DNA from: Candidatus Saccharimonadales bacterium
GTDB lineage: Bacteria > Chloroflexota > Dormibacteria > Aeolococcales > Aeolococcaceae
DNA: 64,000 nt
Direction of reading: 5' to 3'
NCBI GenBank assembly: GCA_035534875.1
Contig: DATLRB010000012.1
Span: 936 to 64,935, forward strand
The notes under the pieces: model-generated
Database searches by the model: none
What the model was told of the DNA's origin: nothing
Seen by the model: the letters and a program-made list of their open reading frames with translations, nothing else
Made by a program: the position numbers and the translations under genes
In this document: in pieces, positions 54,254-62,860 of the stretch
Numbering within the stretch: the first letter of the stretch is position 1
Layout: each line of letters begins with the position of its first letter

Positions 54254-55238
54254 GCGCGCGATCGCCGGAGAGCGGATCGACCTCGCGACGCTGCTCGAGC
54301 GGCGGGTCATCTTCGTCGCGGGCAAGGGCGGAACCGGCCGGAGCACGGTGACGGCGGCTCTGGCACTCCTCGGGGCGCGTGCGGGCAAGCGCGTCCTCGC
54401 CATCGACGTCGACGCCAAGGGCGACCTCGCCGCGGCGCTCGGGTCGCCGCCCGCCGGGTTTGCGCCGCGTGTCGTCCAGCACCACCTCTCGGTACTGGAG
54501 CTGCGCACGGACGAGTCGTTCCAGGAATACCTGAACATCTATTTCAAGGTTCCGCGCGTGACCCGGCTGACCCCGCTCGCCCGCGTGTTCGACTTCATCG
54601 CCACCGGCGTTCCCGGTCCGCGGGACATGCTCGTGGTCGGCAAGATCGCGTACGAGGAGCGTCGCAAGGAGCCCGAATCGACCTCGCCGGTGTGGGACCT
54701 CATCCTCGTCGACTGTGCGGCCGGAGGCCAGGCGGAATCACATCTCGCCGCGGCGAAGGCGATGCTCACGCTCGTCAGGGGAGGCATCATTCGTTCCCAG
54801 GTCGAGTGGATCGACGGCCTGATCAGGGATCCTCGGCGCACGACCGTCGTGCTCTGCGCCCTTCCCGAAGAGATGCCGGTGACCGAGGCGATCGAGCTGC
54901 ACGAGCGTCTTCGCAACGGATCCGGTGTCGCCGTCGACGTGTGCGTCCTGAATCGTGCGGTCGACGAACCGGTGACCGCCGCGCACCGCCGTCTGATCAT
55001 GGCGCTGATCGACCCGGAGCACGCCGACGTGGTCGCACAACATCTCGGTGGCTCGCCCGCTCCGCTCGAGGCCGCCATCGACCTCCAGGCGCACCTGTAC
55101 GACACGACCGGGCGCTACATGCGCCAGCTGCGGAGCAGGCTCCCGATGCCCGTCATTCCGGTTCCGTACATCGTCGATCGGACCGGACTGACCACGACGC
55201 GAGCAGTTGCTGACGTGCTCAACACGAGGCTCGCATGA
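54198..55238 (+). CDS. ArsA/Get3-like P-loop ATPase (first of a pair)
   Basis: IFVAGKGGTGRSTVTAALA, LAIDVDAKGD. ATG 54198 overlaps bcp by 56 nt. No better in-frame ATG/GTG/TTG lies downstream, so the start is uncertain. Confidence 0.75.
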   Translation: MSSPAGTPQRSWRPSTAVRRAIAGERIDLATLLERRVIFVAGKGGTGRSTVTAALALLGARAGKRVLAIDVDAKGDLAAALGSPPAGFAPRVVQHHLSVLELRTDESFQEYLNIYFKVPRVTRLTPLARVFDFIATGVPGPRDMLVVGKIAYEERRKEPESTSPVWDLILVDCAAGGQAESHLAAAKAMLTLVRGGIIRSQVEWIDGLIRDPRRTTVVLCALPEEMPVTEAIELHERLRNGSGVAVDVCVLNRAVDEPVTAAHRRLIMALIDPEHADVVAQHLGGSPAPLEAAIDLQAHLYDTTGRYMRQLRSRLPMPVIPVPYIVDRTGLTTTRAVADVLNTRLA

Positions 55239-56437
55239 GCGTCGTCGCGACCGGCGACCTTCCCGAGCGGCGCAGGAGCGTGCGCAAGGAAGCCGCCGGA
55301 TTGGGACGCCGCCTGGCGCCGCTCGACGTCGTGATCTGTTGCGGCAGCGGCGGGGTCGGCAAGACGACCGTGAGCGCGGCGCTCGGCATGGCCATTGCGG
55401 CGGCCGAGGACAAGCGCGTCCTCGTCCTCACGGTCGACCCGGCGCGGCGTCTCGCCACCGCGCTCGGTATCAAGGGCATCGGGGCTGAGCCGGTGCGCAT
55501 CCCCAAGGCGCGATTGCGTCGAGCCGGGATCACCATCACCGGCGATCTCGAGGCGGCGATGCTCGATATGAAGCAGGCATGGGACCGCATGATCGAGCGC
55601 TACTCGCCCGATCGCGCGACCACGCAGCGCATCCTGCGCAATCCGCTGTACCAGCGCATCACCGACTCGTTCGTCGGGTCCCACGAGTACGCGGCGATCG
55701 AGGCGCTGTACGAGCTGCACGACGCGGGAGAGTACGACTGCATCGTCGTCGACACGCCGCCGTCCCGCAATGCGCTCGACTTTCTCGAAGCCCCGAGCCG
55801 TCTCACCGACTATGTGGGTTCGCGCCTGTTGTCGCTGCTCTCCGGGGGGGCGTCGCGCTTCGGTTTCCGCGCGATGAACTACGCAGCCGCACCGTTCCTG
55901 CGTCTTGCCGACCGGTTGCTGGGCGCCGAGGTGCTCGCCGAGGTCGCCGATTTCGTGCAGCAGCTCCAGCTGCTGTACGACGGCATCCAGGGCAGGGCGC
56001 AATCTGTGTACCGGCTGCTGCGCAGTCCTCAGACGGGATTCGTCGTGGTCACGACCCTCGAGCAGGGACCCTTCAGCGAGGCGGAGTACTTCTGCGCCAA
56101 GCTGCGCGAGTTCAAGATGCCCCTGCGCGCCATGGTTGTCAACCGCGTACTTCCCGACGTGTTTCGTGACACCGATGGCGTCGCCGCAGCAACGACGCTG
56201 GTAGAGGATCCCAAGGTAGCCGCCTGGCTGACCGAGGAGCTGCACACCCGCGTCTCCGCGGACGGTGCACGGTTCATCGGCAGGACGTTTCTCAACCGCA
56301 ACGTCCTGGCGCAGCGCGAGGCTCGTCAGCTGTCGAAACTGAGCAGGCTCGGTGAGGTGCCCATCGTGCGCATGCCGCTATTCAGTGAGGAGGTCTCCGA
56401 GCTCGAGGGGCTCGTGCGCATCGCCAAGGCACTCTGA
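55235..56437 (+). CDS. ArsA/Get3-like P-loop ATPase (second of a pair)
   Basis: VVICCGSGGVGKTTVSAALG, VLVLTVDPARRL, DCIVVDTPPS. ATGA overlap with the upstream paralogue. Confidence 0.85.
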   Translation: MSVVATGDLPERRRSVRKEAAGLGRRLAPLDVVICCGSGGVGKTTVSAALGMAIAAAEDKRVLVLTVDPARRLATALGIKGIGAEPVRIPKARLRRAGITITGDLEAAMLDMKQAWDRMIERYSPDRATTQRILRNPLYQRITDSFVGSHEYAAIEALYELHDAGEYDCIVVDTPPSRNALDFLEAPSRLTDYVGSRLLSLLSGGASRFGFRAMNYAAAPFLRLADRLLGAEVLAEVADFVQQLQLLYDGIQGRAQSVYRLLRSPQTGFVVVTTLEQGPFSEAEYFCAKLREFKMPLRAMVVNRVLPDVFRDTDGVAAATTLVEDPKVAAWLTEELHTRVSADGARFIGRTFLNRNVLAQREARQLSKLSRLGEVPIVRMPLFSEEVSELEGLVRIAKAL

Positions 56438-56469
56438 CCGGGCGTGGGCGTGGGCGAGAGCCGCGAGGT

Positions 56470-59325
56470 TCAGCCTTGACCGGCGAGGAGTCGCATCCTC
56501 GCGCTGTGCCGTCCGAGCGAGTGCGCGTCGCCGACCACATCGAGCACCGGAGGATCTTCGAGCCGCACCACCGAGCAGTCACCCGAGGTCACCCGCGATA
56601 CCGCTTCGACCATCGCGGGATCGGCGGTGCTCAGCAGGACCTGGTGTGTTGCAGACAGATCGTGCAAAAACTCAATGAAGAGGTCGCGTCGCATCGGATC
56701 CGAGGTCAGCAGGGGTTCGTCGAGGAGGAGGGGCGTGCGCTCGCCCCCGCCACCGAGCACCTCACACAGCGCGAGGCGCAGGAGGAGGGCGACCTGGTCG
56801 CGGGTGCCGTGTGACACCGCCTCGAGCGGCACCATGTCGGGCCGCTCCCGGCCGAGCAGGCCGAGAGCGAAGTGATCGGTGTCGACGTTCACCTCAACGT
56901 AGCGCGCGCCGGTCAGCATGCTGAGGCGGTTTCCCAGTGACTCCGCGAGACGCGGAGCGAGCTCTCTATGAGTTACTCGGGACGCCGCCTCGATCAGGTC
57001 GGCTGCCCGGCGAAGCGCCTTGAGCTGGCGCAGGCCGCGATCGCGTGCGGTTTCGCACGCGTCACGCTCATCCTCGAGGTCGGCCACCGCGGGGAGCGTG
57101 TCGAGCACGCCGCCAAGTCGCGCGCGCAGTTCGCGGGCCTGGTCGCCGGCCGAGGTCGCCGCGCGTCGTGCCCGTTCTGCTTCGAGATCGAGCGCCTGAA
57201 GGGTGGCGGCATCGGGTGGCGAAGCCGCCAGCGCATCGTCGGGATCGCCACCACACCGCATCAGCTGATCGGCAAGCCCTGTCTCGAGGTTCTCGAGCAT
57301 CGCCTCGTCACCCCCGAGCGCGTGGGCTGATCGCTGCAGATCGTCGAGCCGCCGGCGCGCCGCGTCGTGGCGGCGTCGCGCATCACAGCCGTGACGGAAC
57401 GCACGGGCCGCAGCTGCCGGGTCACCGGTGGTGACCCCGATGCCGGCGGACGTGAGGATCGTCCGGAGACGTACCTCGAGGTTCGCGACCGCGCGAGCGG
57501 AACGGTCGACGTCCTCGCTCGACTGCGCGCACGCCGATTCCTCGGCGGCGAGCACGGCGTCCTCGGCCACGAGCTCTTCGCGCCGGCGCGCCTGCAGCAC
57601 CATGGCGCCGACCCGGTCGAGGATGATTTGCGCGCTCGCTATCACGGCCTCAGGCGTTGCCTCAGACGCGCCCAGCGCCTCGACCACTCCCGCGTCAGCG
57701 GCAAGCGCCCGGCAGCGCTCGAGCACGGACGCCAGCGCGATCTGCAGCGCCTCCGCGTCGGCTCGGCGGCGGGAGGTTCGCAGCTCGGCATCGTCGAGAG
57801 CTTCGTGCAGGGTGCGAAGCACCGGGAGACGATCCTGCAGTCGCGCCAGCTCCGCGGGATCGATGCCCGCGTCCAGGGCGAGGGCCGCTGCCGCTGCGCG
57901 GGCGCGCGCAGCGGACGATGACCTCGCCCAGGCGCGCCAGCCGCATCCCGCGGCGCCGAGTGCTCCGAAGGCCGCGGACAGCACTGTCGCGAGGGCGAGG
58001 TGGGCATGAGCGAGCCCGGCAGCTGTCAGCGCCGTCAGGCCGGCGACGAGGACGGCGGCGACGGCGAAGCGACGCCCGCGGCGCTCTGCCGCTTCCAGGG
58101 TGGGAAGCAGCTCATCGATCACACTCGGGGGGAGGCCGCGAAGCCCGGTCGCCGCGATCTCGCGGCGGAGCCCCGCCTCGCGTGCGTCGTCGCCGCCGGT
58201 GCGACGTGCGGCGCCCGCGATCGCGATGAGTTCGCCGCGGAGGCGCTGCGAGCGTTCCCCGACGTCGCCGCCGAGGTCGGCCTGCGGTCCGATCGCGGCG
58301 ACACCCGCGGCGATCTCCGCGCGTCGCGATCGGATCGGCCGCAGCCGCTCGACGGCCGATTGCCACCGCGCTTCGGCATCGCCGGCGTGCGACCTCGCCT
58401 GCGCGAGCTCGCCGCCGAGCGTCGTCACCTCGGTCTCGGCGTCGACCGGGAATCGCGCGTACGACTCGGTCGCCTCGAGTTCAGCCATCTGGAGTCTGGC
58501 CTCTCGGACCATCTCCGCAAGGCGTATACGGCGGGCGGCCACCTCGGTGAGCCGGCCCGAGATGCGCGCGCGTTCAGCCGCGCCCCAGCGCTCGGTCTCG
58601 GCCGCGAGCGTCGCGTCAAGGATCGCGAGGCGCTCCTGATCGACGGCGACGGCAGCCAGCCTGGTTCGGGCGTCGGCGATCATGCGGTCCAGCGCTCGAA
58701 GCCGCGCGGTCGCGACGCCGAGCGGGCTCGTGGTGCGACGCTCGGATCCAACCCGGTCCACCGCCTCGCGGATGCGGACCAGCGCCTGGGCGGCGGTCAC
58801 GCCGCGGCGCGTGTCCGCGAGCCGCTCGATCGCTTCCTGCAGTTGCCCCGCGCGCTGCCGCGCACTTTCGGGGGCGTCGATCCGGAGTCCGTCGTCGCCC
58901 AGCCACGCGGTCGCGCAGAAGACCGTCTCGTCGATCCCCAGGTGGAACCGGCCGGGCGTCACCGCGCGACCGCTGCGCAGCTCGTCGGTGAGCTCTGACC
59001 CGCCGAGTTCGAGAACCTGGACGGACTGCTCGCGCGTATCGAGGCGCCGGGCGACCCGGATTCGACGTCCGTCATCGAGCTTGTAGGTCAGCGCGAGACC
59101 ATAGCCACCGCGTGTCCATGGCTCGTAGCGTGCCCAGTCGCTGCGATCGACCGCCCGGCCCTGGCCGCCCGCGTCGACGCCGTACAACGCCCCACGCACC
59201 GCGCGCAGCAGCGTCGACTTGCCGGACTCGTTGCGCCCCGCGATGACTGTGACACGCGGGTGGAGTTCGCTGGTGACATCGCGGAGGCAGCCGAAACCGG
59301 TGATCTCGAGACGCTCGAGGATCAT
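56470..59325 (-). CDS. SMC/Rad50-like AAA ATPase (SbcC/YhaN-like)
   Basis: 951 aa. N-terminal Walker A VIAGRNESGKSTLLRAV, a very long Ala/Arg/Glu-rich coiled-coil-like middle with TM-like segment AVAAVLVAGLTALTAAGLA, and a C-terminal Walker B LLLDEPLLTSD. Confidence 0.8.
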   Translation of the reverse strand: MILERLEITGFGCLRDVTSELHPRVTVIAGRNESGKSTLLRAVRGALYGVDAGGQGRAVDRSDWARYEPWTRGGYGLALTYKLDDGRRIRVARRLDTREQSVQVLELGGSELTDELRSGRAVTPGRFHLGIDETVFCATAWLGDDGLRIDAPESARQRAGQLQEAIERLADTRRGVTAAQALVRIREAVDRVGSERRTTSPLGVATARLRALDRMIADARTRLAAVAVDQERLAILDATLAAETERWGAAERARISGRLTEVAARRIRLAEMVREARLQMAELEATESYARFPVDAETEVTTLGGELAQARSHAGDAEARWQSAVERLRPIRSRRAEIAAGVAAIGPQADLGGDVGERSQRLRGELIAIAGAARRTGGDDAREAGLRREIAATGLRGLPPSVIDELLPTLEAAERRGRRFAVAAVLVAGLTALTAAGLAHAHLALATVLSAAFGALGAAGCGWRAWARSSSAARARAAAAALALDAGIDPAELARLQDRLPVLRTLHEALDDAELRTSRRRADAEALQIALASVLERCRALAADAGVVEALGASEATPEAVIASAQIILDRVGAMVLQARRREELVAEDAVLAAEESACAQSSEDVDRSARAVANLEVRLRTILTSAGIGVTTGDPAAAARAFRHGCDARRRHDAARRRLDDLQRSAHALGGDEAMLENLETGLADQLMRCGGDPDDALAASPPDAATLQALDLEAERARRAATSAGDQARELRARLGGVLDTLPAVADLEDERDACETARDRGLRQLKALRRAADLIEAASRVTHRELAPRLAESLGNRLSMLTGARYVEVNVDTDHFALGLLGRERPDMVPLEAVSHGTRDQVALLLRLALCEVLGGGGERTPLLLDEPLLTSDPMRRDLFIEFLHDLSATHQVLLSTADPAMVEAVSRVTSGDCSVVRLEDPPVLDVVGDAHSLGRHSARMRLLAGQG

Positions 59326-60491
59326 CGCAACCCGACCTCCGCGCCCGACAGGGCCATCAGCCCGTAGCGGAGCGCGTCCTCGAGCACCTGGGCTTCCTCG
59401 GGATCCGCGCCGGCGGACGCCGCCAGAGCCGCTCTGACGAAGGCGCCTCGCGTGCTCTCCTCCTCGATCGCGGATTCGAGATCGATGGCGGGCGATGTGC
59501 GATCCCGAACCTTCACTGCGGCGAGGTTCAGGCGCTCCCGCACCGCGAGCTCCACTGTGAAGGCGTCGAGCGAAACCGACGAGTCGATCGCGCCACTGAG
59601 GTCGACGCGGATCATGGTCCGCTCAGGGTCGCCGAACCCCGTTGACGCGCAGTGCATCGTGACCTCCTCGATCACGGCCCCCATCGAGCCGCACTCGCTC
59701 GCGTCGCATTGCACGGTGAACACCGCCCACCGGTTGGTGTCGTGGGCGACGAAGCGGACATCGCCTCGGTCGGTGACCTCGACGACCACGGGGCCACGTC
59801 CGCCCTCGTCATCAAAGCCGAGGGGTTCCGGGGTCCCGGGGTAGAGGAGGCCCGACTTCGAGTCCAGGCGTCGCTGGTGATAGTGGCCACAGAGGGCCGC
59901 CGCGAAGCCGGTCTCGCGGATGCGCTCCGCATGGAACGGACCATGGATCGACTTTCCCTCGGGCCGCGAGCCGAGCTCCGCACCGTGGAACAGCGCGAGA
60001 TGCACGCCTGACCCATGCGTCGCCGGCGAATCGGCGAGCGGGTCGCCCTGCCAGGCGGGCTCGCGATGCGCAAGCCCCCACACCGTGACACCGTCGGCGA
60101 TCTCCACGGGCTCGAACTGGGTGCTGCCGAACACGGTGACATTGGACGGCCACTCGACACGCCGGTACAGGGACCCCGTGAGCAGCGCGTCGTGGTTCCC
60201 CGGCGCGATCAGGACGTGCATCGGCTGCCACGACGCGAAGGTCTCGGCGAGGAACCGACCCGTGTCGACGCCGGCGCGCTCATGCTCGTAGAGGTCGCCA
60301 CCGATCGTGACCGCGGAACACTCCAATTCGAGCGCCAGGCGTCCGGCGCGCGTGAGTGCTTCGCGGAGCCCCTGGCGGCGCCGCCGCGCGAGCTCCCCCT
60401 GGCAGCCTGTGGCGGCGAAGACCCGGTCGAGGTGGAGGTCGGCGAGGTGGAGGAGACGTATCGTCATGGTGCTGGGAATGAGAAGCGGCAA
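59322..60491 (-). CDS. Metallophosphoesterase, SbcD/YhaO-like exonuclease
   Basis: IRLLHLADLHLD, TIGGDLYE, APGNHD, FHGAELG and CGHYH. ATGA overlap with the downstream ATPase. ATG 60467 is an alternative start. Confidence 0.85.
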   Translation of the reverse strand: MPLLIPSTMTIRLLHLADLHLDRVFAATGCQGELARRRRQGLREALTRAGRLALELECSAVTIGGDLYEHERAGVDTGRFLAETFASWQPMHVLIAPGNHDALLTGSLYRRVEWPSNVTVFGSTQFEPVEIADGVTVWGLAHREPAWQGDPLADSPATHGSGVHLALFHGAELGSRPEGKSIHGPFHAERIRETGFAAALCGHYHQRRLDSKSGLLYPGTPEPLGFDDEGGRGPVVVEVTDRGDVRFVAHDTNRWAVFTVQCDASECGSMGAVIEEVTMHCASTGFGDPERTMIRVDLSGAIDSSVSLDAFTVELAVRERLNLAAVKVRDRTSPAIDLESAIEEESTRGAFVRAALAASAGADPEEAQVLEDALRYGLMALSGAEVGLR

Positions 60492-60627
60492 CCCTGGGGG
60501 CGAACGTCAGTTCGCACAGCCTACCACAGGTTTATCGGCGGATCTTCTGGCACAATTGATCAGTACCGACGATGGTGTGCCCGGCCGACGGCACGGGTTC
60601 AGGTCGGATCAGCGGGTGGGGGATCAG

Positions 60628-62265
60628 GTGGATTATCGATTGCATTTGTCTCGGCGTTTCAGCCAGGCAGGGGCGGGAATTGTCGGCGCCGTTGTGGCCA
60701 TCAGGGTGCTTGCGCTTCCGATCAGTCCGGGCACGCGGGTGCTCGACTCGTGCCTGGCGCTTCTGGCGGTCGGCATCGGTGTCCTGCTGATCCGTCTGCC
60801 CCCGCCGTGGAAGCGGCACCGTCAGGCCGCGTCGGCGGCCGGCGCGGTGGCGCTGGCGATGGTGGCCGCCGTCGGTTTGCGAGCCGCGGCCACTCAGCTT
60901 CCGGATTTCACCGTGTGCGCGGCCGTCGCATTCACGGCCATCCTCATCGGGCTCGATACCGACGCCCCTCGGAGCATCTCGACCCGTCCGCTCCAGTCCC
61001 TGACCCGGACGTCATGGCCGTTCGCAGTCGCCGCCGCCGCCGGGGTCATCGCGATCTTCGTCGCGCTCTGGCTCACGACGGCTCCCGGGTCGTCGGGGGT
61101 CGCGTCACTCATCGTCACGGCGGCGGGCATGATCGGCATCAAGCTGCTCGCGGTCGGTGGGACGGAGCGGAGCCTCGCGGGGCTGGGCGCCGAGACCCGT
61201 CGCGGCCATGTCTCGGCGACCCTCGGTCGCAGGCTCGGCGTCGCTCGCGACGTGACCTCTGTCGCCGCGGCGGTTCTCGAAGCCTGCAGGGAGATCTTCC
61301 CCGGGACCTCGACCGGCATGGTGCTCATCAACGACCCCACGGACGGCTTGCTCAAGTCCCCCGGCGCGTTCCTGTCGTCGGGTGGCGTGGGATCGGGCGG
61401 TCCGGCGTACGAGCTCGCTCCCGGAGAGGGACTCGGCGGCGCCGTGTTCGTCGCCGAGCGAGCGGAGGTGTGGCCGACCACCCTGTCCGCGTCGATGGCT
61501 CAGGCGAGCCTTCGGGAGGCGAATCGGGTGCGTCTGCGCCGATCGAAACTCGGATTCATCCGTTCGGCGATCGGCGCACCGCTGCGGGTCGACGGAGCGA
61601 CGATCGGTGCCATCCTGCTCACCTCCGAGCGTCAGGAGAACGCCTGGACCGAGGCCGACGCACCGATCATCGAAGCGCTCGCGGATGAGGCCGCTCGGGC
61701 GATCGAGCGTGCCCGCCGCCACGAGGATGAGATGAGCCGCGCGCAGCTCGACGCGGTCACCGGGATGCCCACGCGCGCACAGTTGCTCGCCGTCATTGAC
61801 AAGGAACTCGCGCGGGCGTCGCGACGCGAGGGGACCCTGGCACTGATCATGGCGGACATCGACGGTTTCGCGGAGCTCAACGACCGATGGGGTCACGATG
61901 CTGGCAATCAGGTCCTCGAGACGTTCGCCGGGGTGCTCCGATCCATCCTGCGCAGGGAGGACAGTGCCGCCCGCTTCGGGGCCGACGAGTTCGTCTGCGT
62001 GCTCCCCGGCGCCGATCACGACCAGGCCCGCGCGGTCGCCGCGCGCATCCAGCAGCGATTCACCGCGGACACGTCCGCGGACCAGGGTGTCGGCCGATCG
62101 GGCGCCACGGCCTCGGCCGGCATCGCCGTCTCCCCGACCGATTCGCAGGATGTCGTGGGACTGCTCGAGGCCGCGTCGCGCGAGCTCGCCACCGCGAAGG
62201 CGTCGCACGAGTTGACCGGGCGCTCGCGGCTCCGGCGCCGTGTTCGGGATGCCGCCCCGAGTTGA
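60628..62265 (+). CDS. Membrane-anchored GAF-GGDEF diguanylate cyclase
   Basis: About 5-6 TM helices and a GAF-like segment (GEGLGGAVFVAERAEVWP...IGAPLRVDGATIGAILLTSE). GGDEF domain has LIMADIDGFAELND, an I-site-like RRED, and the active-site variant RFGADEFVCV. The start is uncertain (GTG 60628); the longest ORF (from 60307) overlaps the SbcD-like gene. Confidence 0.8.
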   Translation: MDYRLHLSRRFSQAGAGIVGAVVAIRVLALPISPGTRVLDSCLALLAVGIGVLLIRLPPPWKRHRQAASAAGAVALAMVAAVGLRAAATQLPDFTVCAAVAFTAILIGLDTDAPRSISTRPLQSLTRTSWPFAVAAAAGVIAIFVALWLTTAPGSSGVASLIVTAAGMIGIKLLAVGGTERSLAGLGAETRRGHVSATLGRRLGVARDVTSVAAAVLEACREIFPGTSTGMVLINDPTDGLLKSPGAFLSSGGVGSGGPAYELAPGEGLGGAVFVAERAEVWPTTLSASMAQASLREANRVRLRRSKLGFIRSAIGAPLRVDGATIGAILLTSERQENAWTEADAPIIEALADEAARAIERARRHEDEMSRAQLDAVTGMPTRAQLLAVIDKELARASRREGTLALIMADIDGFAELNDRWGHDAGNQVLETFAGVLRSILRREDSAARFGADEFVCVLPGADHDQARAVAARIQQRFTADTSADQGVGRSGATASAGIAVSPTDSQDVVGLLEAASRELATAKASHELTGRSRLRRRVRDAAPS

Positions 62266-62303
62266 CATCGATTGACGAATAGTTCTACACTGGAACTATT
62301 CGT
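62262..62303 (+). promoter_or_regulatory. Promoter-like TTGACA-N18-TACACT overlapping an 11-bp perfect inverted repeat; candidate MarR operator
   Basis: TTGACA 62262-62267 and TACACT 62286-62291. ACGAATAGTTC (62275-62285) and GAACTATTCGT (62293-62303) are exact reverse complements separated by 7 nt. The site lies 24 nt upstream of the MarR GTG. Confidence 0.55.
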
Positions 62304-62326
62304 TCATCGAACACTCGAGGCGCCGC

Positions 62327-62860
62327 GTGACTCAGGCTCCACCGGTCGAACGGCCCCGCCGTTCCGGGCACAGCACCAACAGCGCTCGTCGTGACGAGCT
62401 CGCCGATCTGCTGTTCGGGTATATCGGCGGCCTCAAGCGCCGGCTGATGGCCAGCGTTCCCGAGGAGCTGAAGGGCGAGTTCGGTGCCGTGACTTGGCAC
62501 CAGGTCGGCGCGCTCGAACAGCTTCGTGCCGCATCCGGGACGTCGTCGGGGGCCACGATGAACGAGATCGCTCGCATGCAGCAATGCGCGCTGAGCTCGG
62601 CAAGCGCGCTCGTCGACCGGATGATCCGCCTCGGATTCGCGGAGCGGCTGAGTGACATCGAGGACCGCCGGATCATTCACATCGTTCCAAGCCGGCTCGG
62701 CCTGCAGATGCTCGACCGATTCGACGAGGCGAGGAAGGCGGTGGCGCTCGAGGCGCTCGCCCCGTTGACCGACGCGGACCTCGAACAGCTCGTGGGCCTG
62801 ATGGGGAGGATCGTCGACTGGCCGGAGCCGGCGCACGCGAAGGAGGCTGCGCATGACTGA
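62327..62860 (+). CDS. MarR-family transcriptional regulator
   Basis: 177 aa. VTWHQVGALEQL...ATMNEIARMQQCALSSASALVDRMIRLGFAERLSDIEDRRIIHIV is a MarR wHTH. Confidence 0.85.
   Translation: MTQAPPVERPRRSGHSTNSARRDELADLLFGYIGGLKRRLMASVPEELKGEFGAVTWHQVGALEQLRAASGTSSGATMNEIARMQQCALSSASALVDRMIRLGFAERLSDIEDRRIIHIVPSRLGLQMLDRFDEARKAVALEALAPLTDADLEQLVGLMGRIVDWPEPAHAKEAAHD

Noticed and set aside
56470-60491. SMC-like ATPase plus phosphoesterase pair as a possible anti-phage defence system (Lamassu/Wadjet-like)
   Set aside because: The gene order and motifs match the widespread SbcD/SbcC-type (YhaO/YhaN-like) repair pair that is conserved in actinobacteria. There is no additional effector or kleisin-like gene, and the neighbours are housekeeping genes.
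60015-62268. Long off-frame or antisense ORFs (60015-61688 plus strand, 61105-62268 minus strand, 60894-61481 minus strand)
   Set aside because: They overlap the SbcD-like and GAF-GGDEF genes in other frames. Their translations are Arg/Gly/Pro-rich without motifs.
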